Shown piece by piece: positions 1 through 7,622 of a DNA stretch of 32,000 nucleotides. Every line of letters begins with the position of its first letter. Within the stretch, counting starts at the first letter, position 1. A program made the position numbers and the translations under genes. Location: contig NC_013202.1 of assembly GCF_000023965.1 (NCBI RefSeq), forward strand, positions 930,001-962,000, read 5' to 3'. This DNA comes from Halomicrobium mukohataei DSM 12286 (GTDB taxonomy: Archaea > Halobacteriota > Halobacteria > Halobacteriales > Haloarculaceae). The notes beneath the pieces were generated by a model that saw nothing but the letters and a program-made list of their open reading frames with translations, made no database searches and was not told the origin of the DNA.

Positions 1-71
1 TGTCGATCGCGCTCTCGATCGGTGTGTGACCGGTCCAGACGCGCCCTCGGAGATCTCGTGAGCAGCGGCGA

Positions 72-506
72 GTGGCCCCGACAGCTAAGGGCACGCCGGG
101 CGAGGGATCGACCATGACCGACTACCGCGCGAACTACGCGATGGTGTCCTTGCAGGAACAGCTGGGGCCGGACCCGAACGCGCTCGACGTACCGTGGGCG
201 ACGTTCTCGGCCGACGAGAGCGACGTACACACCTTCGACGTGCCGACGGCCGATCCCGTCGAGCCGTACGTCCAGATGCAGGTCTACGACGTGGGCAGCT
301 ACGACCACGAGCTGTTGATCAACGGCCAGGCGCTGTCTGGCTTCGACCTCCCGACGGGACAGGGCTGGCAGTACTGGATGGACACCGTCACGTCGGCACG
401 CCTGCGCGAGGGCGAGAACACACTCCAGTTCCAGCGCGATACGACGACCGACGACAGCTTCGTCGTCGGGACGCTCACGGTCAACTGGAAGGAACCGGTC
501 GATTAG
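72..506 (+). CDS. hypothetical protein (acidic, soluble)
   Basis: 144-codon ORF with G/C-rich third positions and an acidic composition. GTG at 72, with an alternative ATG at 114 (MTDYRANY...). No family recognised. Confidence 0.55.
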   Translation: MAPTAKGTPGEGSTMTDYRANYAMVSLQEQLGPDPNALDVPWATFSADESDVHTFDVPTADPVEPYVQMQVYDVGSYDHELLINGQALSGFDLPTGQGWQYWMDTVTSARLREGENTLQFQRDTTTDDSFVVGTLTVNWKEPVD

Positions 507-645
507 AGCATATAAAAGATGGGGGAGCTGGGGGCCTCCCCGTGGCAACACTTCCCACGATATTCGTGTCGTTCGGGCGTCGTCCCCCGGTTTCTGCTCT
601 CCTGGTCGTCGATTCGGCAATCCCGCCGACGGGGCAAATCCCGTA

Positions 646-656
646 CTTTTATATAG
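646..656 (+). promoter_or_regulatory. TATA-box candidate for the thermosome gene
   Basis: TTTTATATA at 647-655, about 30 nt upstream of the ATG at 683. This spacing fits a leaderless or short-leader transcript. Confidence 0.4.
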
Positions 657-682
657 AAGCACATTCAATCAATCGAACGATT

Positions 683-2356
683 ATGAGCCAGCGACAAATG
701 CAGGGTCAGCCGATGATCATTCTGGGAGAGGACTCCCAGCGGATGAAGGACAAGGACGCACAGAGCCACAACATCTCGGCGGCCCGCGCGGTCGCGGAGT
801 CGGTCCGATCGACACTCGGCCCGAAGGGGATGGACAAGATGCTCGTCTCCTCGCTCGGTGACGTGACCGTCACGAACGACGGCGTCACTATCCTCACGGA
901 GATGGACATCGACAACCCGACCGCCGAGATGATCGTGGAGGTCGCCGAGGCCCAGGAAGACGAGGCCGGCGACGGCACGACGACCGCCGTCTCCATCGCG
1001 GGCGAACTGCTGAAAAACGCCGAGGAGCTCCTCGAACAGGACATTCACCCGACGGCGATCATCAAGGGCTTCGACCTCGCGTCGACGGAAGCCAAGAACC
1101 AGATCGGCGAGATCGCCACGTCCGTCGATCCCGACGACGAGGAACTGCTCAAGAAGCTCGCCGAGACCTCGATGACGGGGAAGGGCGCGGAGCTCAACAA
1201 GGAGCTGCTCGCCCAGCTCATCGTCGACGCGGTCAACGCCGTCACCGTCGAGGCCGCGGACGGCTCGGTCATCGCCGACCTGGAGTTCCTCAACATCGAG
1301 ACCCAGACCGGTCGCGCGGTCTCGGACTCGGAGCTCATCGAGGGCGCGGTCGTCGACAAGGACCCGGTCCACGAGGAGATGCCGACCACCGTCGACGACG
1401 CCGACGTGCTCCTGCTCGACACGCCGATCGAGCTCGACGAGACCGAAGTCGACGCACAGCTCTCCGTCGACGACCCGAGCCAGCTCCAGAACTTCCTCGA
1501 CAAGGAAGAACAGCAGCTCGAAGAGATGGTCGACGCCATCGCCGCGACCGGCGCGAACGTCGTCTTCTGCCAGAAGGGCATCGACGACATGGCCCAGCAC
1601 TACCTCGCCAAGGAGGGCATCCTCGCCGTCCGACGGGCCAAGAAGTCCGACATCGAGTTCCTCCGAGAGGTGCTCGGCGCGAACATCGTCTCCGACGTAC
1701 ACAACGCCACCGCCGACGACCTCGGCCACGGCTCCGTCCGCCGGGACACCGAGGAAGAGCTCTTCTACGTCGAAGGCGCGGGCGAGGACGCACACGGCGT
1801 CACGCTCCTCCTGCGTGCCTCCACCGACCACGTCGTCGACGAACTCGAACGCGGCGTCCAGGACGCGCTCGACGTGGTCGCCTCGACCGTCGCGGACGGC
1901 CAGATCCTCGCCGGTGGCGGCGCACCCGAGGTCGAACTCGCCAGCCGCCTGCGAGACTACGCGGACGGCGTCGAAGGCCGCGAACAGCTGGCCGTCGAGG
2001 CCTTCGCCGACGCGCTGGAACTCATCCCGCGCACGCTCGCCGAGAACGCGGGACTGGACTCCATCGACTCGCTGGTCGACCTGCGCGCCGCCCACGAGGG
2101 CGGCGACGTACAGGCCGGCCTCGACGTGTACAGCGGTGACGTGGTCAACACGCTCGACGAGGGCGTCGTCGAGCCGGCCCACGCGAAGCGACAGGCGATC
2201 TCGTCGGCTGCCGAGGCGGCGAACCTCGTGCTCAAAATCGACGACATCATCGCTGCTGGTGACCTCTCGACCAGTGGCGGCGACGAGGAAGGCGGTCCCG
2301 GCGGCGCGCCCGGCGGCATGGGCGGTATGGGCGGCGGCATGGGCGGCATGATGTAG
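683..2356 (+). CDS. ths: thermosome subunit (group II chaperonin, CCT/Ths family)
   Basis: Starts [20 protein letters not shown]. Contains [10 protein letters not shown] and TNDGVTIL motifs and the GDGTTT ATP-binding motif, and ends in a [14 protein letters not shown] tail. The listed ORF from 194 is an upstream read-through; the ATG at 683 sits behind a TATA box. Confidence 0.95.
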   Translation: MSQRQMQGQPMIILGEDSQRMKDKDAQSHNISAARAVAESVRSTLGPKGMDKMLVSSLGDVTVTNDGVTILTEMDIDNPTAEMIVEVAEAQEDEAGDGTTTAVSIAGELLKNAEELLEQDIHPTAIIKGFDLASTEAKNQIGEIATSVDPDDEELLKKLAETSMTGKGAELNKELLAQLIVDAVNAVTVEAADGSVIADLEFLNIETQTGRAVSDSELIEGAVVDKDPVHEEMPTTVDDADVLLLDTPIELDETEVDAQLSVDDPSQLQNFLDKEEQQLEEMVDAIAATGANVVFCQKGIDDMAQHYLAKEGILAVRRAKKSDIEFLREVLGANIVSDVHNATADDLGHGSVRRDTEEELFYVEGAGEDAHGVTLLLRASTDHVVDELERGVQDALDVVASTVADGQILAGGGAPEVELASRLRDYADGVEGREQLAVEAFADALELIPRTLAENAGLDSIDSLVDLRAAHEGGDVQAGLDVYSGDVVNTLDEGVVEPAHAKRQAISSAAEAANLVLKIDDIIAAGDLSTSGGDEEGGPGGAPGGMGGMGGGMGGMM

Positions 2357-2433
2357 GAGCGGCGAGCGCAGCGAGGCGCTCCGAACTGCCGAGCGGGAGC
2401 GAACGGAGTGAGCGACACGCGAGGCAAGCCCAC

Positions 2434-2438
2434 TTTTT
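2434..2438 (+). terminator. oligo-T tract downstream of the thermosome gene
   Basis: A T5 run (CACTTTTTGC) about 80 nt after the stop codon. Archaeal termination commonly uses oligo-T. Confidence 0.3.
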
Positions 2439-2662
2439 GCTACACTCGCGGCCTAACGGCCGCTCGTTCGCGAAAACTTGGGGAAAAAGCGCGTCGGGCT
2501 CCAGTCGCGGCGCGTCCGCGCCGCGGTAGTTACTCGCCCCGACCGGTCCCTTCGCGACCGGAGAACCGGGCGACCTGCCGAGTCCTTCGGACCGCTCGGT
2601 CGCCCGGACGCTCGCAGTATTGGGTCCTTGCGTTCACTTTTACTTTCACTCCGGTTGGCTCG

Positions 2663-2672
2663 TATATTTATA
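2663..2672 (+). promoter_or_regulatory. TATA-box candidate
   Basis: TATATTTATA, about 30 nt upstream of the ATG at 2698. Confidence 0.4.
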
Positions 2673-2697
2673 CAACCCTCATGAAGACACTCGGTGT

Positions 2698-3240
2698 ATG
2701 CGATCACCACTCGAAATCGAAAATCGAGAGCAGTACTGGCTCCGAAGTCGAGATGTGAGTGACTCGTCGACGGTCGCTGGCGACGACTACTTCTCGGAGT
2801 ACGATATCCTACGCGCCGACGAGATGACCACCGCAGATCTCCCACAAGCAGACAGCGACACCGTTCGGGAGATCGATCGTGACGCACTCGACCAGGAAAT
2901 TCTCACCGGGAAGTGGCAGATCACGGGGTCGCCTGAACGAATCGAAGACCTGTTTCCGAAGCTCGTCGCCGACGCTGAGGACGGAATCGTCTGGGCGGTC
3001 AAGGCCATGACGACGTTCGGCTTCGAGAACCTCCCGATGTACGATGAGTACGTCCTGGCCGTCTACACACCGAATTACTTCGACCATGGAGACGTTCACC
3101 GCGTCAGGGACTACATCCGCACGGAGTACGGCGAGACTGGGGAGTTGTACTACAAGCCCGACATCTACACGAAGAAGGGTATCGACGCGACCACGGTCGG
3201 TAAATTCGGGCTTTCGACCCCTGCTCGATACGTCGAGTGA
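2698..3240 (+). CDS. DUF1917/Bles03-like conserved protein
   Basis: The pattern GKWQI...VWAVKAMTT...YVLAVYTPNYFDHGDVHRVRDYIR...LYYKPDIYTKKGI resembles the DUF1917 (Bles03-like) family as I remember it. The start was chosen at the ATG behind the TATA box. Confidence 0.6.
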   Translation: MRSPLEIENREQYWLRSRDVSDSSTVAGDDYFSEYDILRADEMTTADLPQADSDTVREIDRDALDQEILTGKWQITGSPERIEDLFPKLVADAEDGIVWAVKAMTTFGFENLPMYDEYVLAVYTPNYFDHGDVHRVRDYIRTEYGETGELYYKPDIYTKKGIDATTVGKFGLSTPARYVE

Positions 3241-3250
3241 GAGCGATTCG

Positions 3251-3460
3251 ATGACTGCCGACTACGATATCTGACCGGCCACACCCTCCGACGCCAAGGC
3301 GATGCTCGTCGCCCACGTCGCGGCCATCTTCGAACACGGTCCCGACTCGTACGCCGACCGACAGGTTGTGGTGTGGATGACTAAACCCGAGGGAAGGTTT
3401 GGGTGTGTCGAGGCAATCGAGACGGCGAAGTGTCGGTCGTCTGGATGGCACCCTCTCTAA
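3251..3460 (+). pseudogene. remnant of a GNAT N-acetyltransferase gene (in-frame TGA at codon 8, C-terminally truncated)
   Basis: Reads MTADYDI-TGA-PATPSDAKAMLVAHVAAIFEHGPDSYADRQVVVW. This matches the usual N-terminus of haloarchaeal GNATs (..IRPATPxDA...), with ATC TGA CCG where ATC CGA CCG is expected. The frame ends after 69 codons in an AT-rich patch. Confidence 0.5.
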
Positions 3461-3579
3461 TTACACTTAATTAGTTTTTAGCGTCTTCGTTCTGTCTTTT
3501 GCCATGATCCGTTTTCAGTGCCTGCTGCCGGCGACTGACCGGTTGCGATCACTCTCCGTGATTTGAGGGATATGACACC

Positions 3580-3789
3580 GTGGAGACCCACCGTCGATCG
3601 ATCCTGAAGGCTGCCTCTTATCGCCTGTTCGCCACGAGTGTGGTTTTCGGGGTCGCCGTCCTCTTTACCGGCGAGTTCGGGGCCTCGGCGAAGATCGGAC
3701 TCTCGGCCGCGGTCGCGAAGACGGTGCTGTACTACGTCTGGGAACGGCAGTGGAGCAGCATCGAGTGGGGGCTGGCCCAACCGGAGTGA
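3580..3789 (+). CDS. DUF2061 family membrane protein
   Basis: 69 aa with a GTG start. The pattern RSILKAASYRL..T.....AVLFTG......IGL...AKTVLYYVWERQW is typical of DUF2061. Confidence 0.7.
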   Translation: METHRRSILKAASYRLFATSVVFGVAVLFTGEFGASAKIGLSAAVAKTVLYYVWERQWSSIEWGLAQPE

Positions 3790-3813
3790 CCGATCGAGAG
3801 TGACCATCTTCAG

Positions 3814-4038
3814 TCAGGTGGGGAGTGCGAAGACGAATCCGAGCAACACGAGCGGAACGGCGAACACCAGCGAGTACCAGACGCCGCCGACTGCCAGCAA
3901 CAGCCACGTCGACGCCCCGTAGCCGGTGGGATCCCAGTCCAGTCCCGCTCGTGGGAGCCCGAGCGCGGCGACGGCCGGGAGGCCGACGGCGTAGCCGATC
4001 GTTCCGACGACCGCGACGTCGATCAGGCTGTTGCTCAT
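3814..4038 (-). CDS. small membrane protein (2-3 TM)
   Basis: 74-codon ORF, hydrophobic, with G/C-rich third positions. Its only possible start codon lies inside the terminus of the family-2 repeat (CAT of CTCATACTGCC). Confidence 0.55.
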   Translation of the reverse strand: MSNSLIDVAVVGTIGYAVGLPAVAALGLPRAGLDWDPTGYGASTWLLLAVGGVWYSLVFAVPLVLLGFVFALPT

Positions 4039-4119
4039 ACTGCCGGCTGTAACTTCGTGAAGATCTTCGCCACCCCGGGGTGGCGAAATCGTTCACAGAT
4101 TTACAGCCGGTAGTATCAG
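4034..4119. repeat. family-2 palindromic repeat, full copy (a)
   Basis: CTCATACTGCCGGCTGTAA ... TTACAGCCGGTAGTATCAG flank an internal palindrome centred on TTCGCCACCCC|GGGGTGGCGAA. Confidence 0.8.
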
Positions 4120-4389
4120 CTGTGCGCCCGTCTGGGGGTCGTTCGACGCACCGCTCGCGAACACGGCGAGGAGTCCGCCGACGAACGGAAGCGACCCACA
4201 GAGGCCGGCGAGGACGTACGACGGGAGCACCGACCTCGTGGGTGGGAGCGTCCGGAACAGCGAGCGAACGCGCTTCGCGACCAGAAAGGGCGTCCAGAGG
4301 ACGGTCGCGACGACGCCCGGTGCCAACAGCGTGGCGACGAGGTCGAGCCAGTCGGCGATCTGTGTCGACAGCGATTGGAGGGGGACCAT
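4093..4389 (-). CDS. membrane protein, hypothetical
   Basis: 98-codon hydrophobic ORF with G/C-rich third positions, except for the last 8 codons (CTG ATA CTA CCG GCT GTA AAT CTG), which are encoded by the repeat. Confidence 0.55.
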   Translation of the reverse strand: MVPLQSLSTQIADWLDLVATLLAPGVVATVLWTPFLVAKRVRSLFRTLPPTRSVLPSYVLAGLCGSLPFVGGLLAVFASGASNDPQTGAQLILPAVNL

Positions 4390-4523
4390 ACCGGGGTGTG
4401 TGTGACGACGAACAACCAGTTTCCGTCTCCTCGTGGCCCGGACGCGTCGGGCCGGTCGTCGGCCGGTTCGGTCTCACTCGGCCACACCGCGGCGAGGAAT
4501 CGGCGTGCCCCGATCGGTCCCGG

Positions 4524-5045
4524 CTACGCGTCGACGGCTTCGACCTTCGAACCGCCACAACTGCGACACGTCGCGATTTCGGTTCCGGGGTCGCCGTAGT
4601 ACTCTTCGCCACAGGACGGACATCGATGGGTCGGCTGCGTTCGCTCGTCGAGCCCGCCGGTGATCGTCACCGGAATCTCCGAATCGAGCATGACGGCCTG
4701 GCTGACGCTCCCAAAGAGCAGCGAGCCCAGCGGCGATCGCTTCCGACCGCCGAGGACGATCTGGTCGGCTCCGATCCGACTGGCCGCGTCGAGGATCTCG
4801 CTCGACGGGTCGCCGCTAGTGCTCATCGTCTCGACGGTGATCCCACGGTCCCGGAACCACTCCTGGACGTTGCGACCGGCCGTGATCTGCGTCGGCGACG
4901 TGTTCTCGGCGACGCTCTCGTCGTCGAAGACGTGCAACAGCGTCACCGTGATCTGGTCGCGGACGGCCGGCAACTCGCTGATAGCCCGAGCTTGCCCCAT
5001 CGCACGCTCCTCGTCGCTGTCGATCGGCATGAGAACGTCGTACAT
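4524..5045 (-). CDS. universal stress protein (UspA family) with a C-terminal CxxC...CxxC zinc ribbon
   Basis: Usp fold motifs (MYDVLMPIDSDE..., IVLGGRKRSPLGSLLFGSVSQAVM) are followed by CPSCG...CRSCGG. Confidence 0.85.
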   Translation of the reverse strand: MYDVLMPIDSDEERAMGQARAISELPAVRDQITVTLLHVFDDESVAENTSPTQITAGRNVQEWFRDRGITVETMSTSGDPSSEILDAASRIGADQIVLGGRKRSPLGSLLFGSVSQAVMLDSEIPVTITGGLDERTQPTHRCPSCGEEYYGDPGTEIATCRSCGGSKVEAVDA

Positions 5046-5147
5046 TGCTATCGTACCTCACGAAAACCTCCGGCGAGCGAGCGTATTGTAAGTCGTTCCG
5101 TACCACCTCGCCCAGTGACTAAGTGAGAGGGGGACACAGGCAGACGT

Positions 5148-6140
5148 ATGCAGACCTTACTGCTCGGACCAGATGCTGTCGACGAACACACGCCGCTCGC
5201 GGACGTGATCGCCGCCGTCTCCGACGCGTTCGGTGCGTACGCACGCGGCGACGTCGTCATGCCGGCCAAGTCCTACGTCGATCTCCCCCAGTACAACGGC
5301 GACTTTCGTTCCATGCCGGCCTACGTCGCCGCCGACGAGTGGGACGCCGCGGCGCTCAAGTGGGTCAACGTCCACCCGGACAATCCCGACTCGTACGACC
5401 TCCCGACAGTACTGGGGACGCTGATCTACTCCGATCCCCGCAACGGCTTCCCGCTCGCCGTGATGGACGGGACGCTCCTCACCCAGAAGCGGACCGGCGC
5501 GGCGTCGGCGGTCGCGACCGACCACCTCGCGGTCCCCGACGCCTCGTCGATGGGGCTGGTCGGTGCGGGCGTGCAGGCCTACACCCAGCTCGAAGCCATC
5601 GCCCAGGTCCGTGACATCGAGACGGTCGTCGTCGCCGATCAGGACGAGGCGGCGGTGCAGGCGTTCGTCGATCACTTCTCGGACCGCTTCGACGTGCGCG
5701 GCGGGACGATCGAGGAGGCCGCCGCCTGCGACGTGCTCTCGACGGTGACGCCCGTCTCGGAGCCGATCATCCACGCCGTCGGCGACCGGACCCACGTCAA
5801 CGCGATCGGAGCCGACGCCGCCGGGAAACACGAGATCGCCGACGAGGTGTTGCTCGACGCGACGATCGTGATCGACGACTACGAGCAGTGTACTCACTCG
5901 GGCGAGATCAACGTCCCCTGGAGCGAGGGGCGACTGGACGACGACGACATCCACGCGGAACTCGGTGATCTCGTCGTCGGCGATCGACCCGGTCGAGACG
6001 GGATCGACGGCGTGACCGTCTTCGACTCGACCGGGCTGGCGATCCAGGACGTGGCCTGTGCCCACGTCGCCTACGAGAACGCCAGTGACGGGGGATCGGG
6101 GACCGACTTCGAACTCGTCGGGACCGACCTCAGTTCGTGA
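5148..6140 (+). CDS. ornithine cyclodeaminase/mu-crystallin family protein (archaeal alanine dehydrogenase-like)
   Basis: 330 aa with OCD-family features: ...MPAKSY...FRSMPAY...KWVNVHPDNP..., a Rossmann motif GLVGAGVQA, and NAIGAD. Confidence 0.8.
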   Translation: MQTLLLGPDAVDEHTPLADVIAAVSDAFGAYARGDVVMPAKSYVDLPQYNGDFRSMPAYVAADEWDAAALKWVNVHPDNPDSYDLPTVLGTLIYSDPRNGFPLAVMDGTLLTQKRTGAASAVATDHLAVPDASSMGLVGAGVQAYTQLEAIAQVRDIETVVVADQDEAAVQAFVDHFSDRFDVRGGTIEEAAACDVLSTVTPVSEPIIHAVGDRTHVNAIGADAAGKHEIADEVLLDATIVIDDYEQCTHSGEINVPWSEGRLDDDDIHAELGDLVVGDRPGRDGIDGVTVFDSTGLAIQDVACAHVAYENASDGGSGTDFELVGTDLSS

Positions 6141-6363
6141 GCTTGTCGACCAGCCAGATCAGTGCGAGGATCGGCAACACCGGGAGCATGACGACGAGCA
6201 TGCCGGCGAAGATGAGCCAGCCGATCGCGTTCATCTGACTGTCGTCGCTCTCGTTGGCCAGTGGCGTGACCGTCCGGAGTCCGGAGCCGCCGTCGGTTTC
6301 TGCTGCCATGTCTCGACGTTCGACGCCTGCGTTGATAATGCTCTCGGGTTCTATCGACGACAC
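6130..6363 (-). CDS. small membrane protein, hypothetical
   Basis: 77-codon ORF with a C-terminal TM helix (IGWLIFAGMLVVMLPVLPILALIWLV). Alternative ATG at 6309. Its 3' end overlaps the convergent gene by 11 nt. Confidence 0.45.
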   Translation of the reverse strand: MSSIEPESIINAGVERRDMAAETDGGSGLRTVTPLANESDDSQMNAIGWLIFAGMLVVMLPVLPILALIWLVDKLTN

Positions 6364-6415
6364 GCCGCCAGTCTGTGGTAATCACTCACAAACAATTATG
6401 TAGTTTCGACCACAT

Positions 6416-7000
6416 ATGTACGGTGTGAGTGATCGACATCCGAGCCACGGTCGCGGTCCCGCGCGTCCTCCCGAATCTCGGTCGCCGGTCCCCGGCTCGC
6501 GCGTGGTCTGGCGGGCGGTCGCCCTCTTGCTCGCCGCGTTCGTCCTCGTGAGCGTGTTCGGACAGATCGCCCCGATCAGCTACGTCAACAGCGGGAGCAT
6601 GGCTCCGGCGCTGTCGACCGGTGACGGGTTCGTCGCGGTGCCGGCGGCCGTCGCCGACGATCCCGATCCCGGCGACGTGATCGTCTACCGCTCCCAGGAG
6701 ATCGAGGCCGGCGGACTGGTCACCCACCGGATCGTCGGCCGGACCGACGGGGGGTTCGTGACGAAAGGCGACGCGAACCCCGTCACCGACCAGCAGGCCG
6801 GCGAACCGCCGGTTTCGCGCGATCGCATCGTCGCGCAGGTGTTCGCGGTCGACGGGCGCGTGGTCTCGCTGTCGGGTCTCGGGACCGTCTCGATGACGAT
6901 TCGCAGCGCCGTCCGGACGAGTCCCGTCGGCCTCCCGCCAGCGTCGATGGAGCTGCTGGTGCTTGCCGCGGGTGCGGTGTTGTTCTGGCGCGGGCGGTGA
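6416..7000 (+). CDS. signal peptidase I (S26 family, archaeal Sec11 type)
   Basis: An N-terminal TM helix is followed by the catalytic-serine motif NSGSMAPAL, then VTHRIV and GDANP motifs. Confidence 0.85.
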   Translation: MYGVSDRHPSHGRGPARPPESRSPVPGSRVVWRAVALLLAAFVLVSVFGQIAPISYVNSGSMAPALSTGDGFVAVPAAVADDPDPGDVIVYRSQEIEAGGLVTHRIVGRTDGGFVTKGDANPVTDQQAGEPPVSRDRIVAQVFAVDGRVVSLSGLGTVSMTIRSAVRTSPVGLPPASMELLVLAAGAVLFWRGR

Positions 7001-7084
7001 TATAGTAACGATTGAAACGATTTACACACCGATCGCACTGCCGTCGCGCGATCGGGTGTGCATTAATTTTCAATGGCTACTACA
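7001..7084. mobile_element. family-1 MITE-like palindromic element, copy 1
   Basis: 84 bp including the flanking dinucleotides TA and CA. 76 of 80 core positions are identical to copy 2. It starts directly after the signal peptidase stop codon. Confidence 0.85.
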
Positions 7085-7164
7085 CTGTCGGCTGTACGTC
7101 TGTACAGAATTTCGCGATTCCGTGCTCGCGAATCTCCCGAAACAGTTACAGCCGGCAGTATGAG
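7083..7164. repeat. family-2 palindromic repeat, copy (b), left terminus interrupted by the family-1 element
   Basis: (TGA TA)CTGTCGGCTGTACGTCTG ... TTACAGCCGGCAGTATGAG, with an internal TTCGCGA/TCGCGAA stem. Lies between convergent genes. Confidence 0.75.
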
Positions 7165-7620
7165 TCACTCGGCGGGGTCGACGAGGCCGAGCTCGGCCAG
7201 ATCCCGGAGCACGTCCAGAGCGTGGCCGTCCGGCCGGACGCCCTCGTAGAGGCCGACGACGCGCCCCGCGGCGATGACGAACGTCGTCCGGGCCACGCGC
7301 CCGTCGTCGAGGGCAACGCCGAAGGCGTCGGCGATCTCACCGTCGGGATCGGCCAGCAGGTCGAACGCGAGGTCGTGGTCCTCGGCGAACGCGCGGTGGC
7401 CGTCCACGTCGTCGGTCGAGACGCCGTAGACGGGGATTCCGGCGTCTCGATAGGTGTCGTAGTGGTCGTCGAACTGGCGGGCCTGGGTCGTCCAGCCGGC
7501 GGCGTCGTCTCGCGGGTAGCAGTAAAGCACCGTCGCACCGCCGAAGTCGGGCTCGACGCGCTCGCCCCACTGGTTCCGGGCGCTGATCGCCGGGGCGTCC
7601 GAGCCCGTGTCGAGCACCAT
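7165..7620 (-). CDS. Bcp/AhpC-TSA (peroxiredoxin-fold) protein lacking the peroxidatic cysteine
   Basis: Collinear with Bcp, but the active-site stretch reads YPRDDAAGWTTQAR instead of YPKxxTPGCTxxAC. ATG at 7620; an alternative GTG at 7626 overlaps the hsp20 stop codon. Confidence 0.8.
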   Translation of the reverse strand: MVLDTGSDAPAISARNQWGERVEPDFGGATVLYCYPRDDAAGWTTQARQFDDHYDTYRDAGIPVYGVSTDDVDGHRAFAEDHDLAFDLLADPDGEIADAFGVALDDGRVARTTFVIAAGRVVGLYEGVRPDGHALDVLRDLAELGLVDPAE

Positions 7621-7622
7621 CG

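Noticed and set aside
1-30. CGATCGCGCTCTCGATCGGTGTGTG at the window start resembles the inner stem of the family-1 element
   Set aside because: The flanking sequence does not continue into the element termini (there is no TTTCAATGGCTACTA). It is probably a chance CGATCG-type palindrome, and the window edge prevents further assessment.
194-682. N-terminal extension of the thermosome ORF back to 194
   Set aside because: It overlaps the 72..506 gene in another frame and crosses a TATA box. The conserved chaperonin N-terminus begins at the ATG at 683.
665-2182. 505-codon ORF antisense to the thermosome gene, plus other overlapping ORFs in this region
   Set aside because: It is a shadow ORF typical of high-G+C DNA. 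Its composition is Arg/Gly/Val/Asp-rich low complexity with no recognisable motifs, and the opposite strand encodes an unmistakable chaperonin.
6783-7073. ORFs beginning MK(I/F)NAHPIARR... at three loci (6783..7073, 18361..18576, and the 5' extension of 26748..28061)
   Set aside because: The shared peptide comes from translating the repeated family-1 element. It is not a conserved protein.
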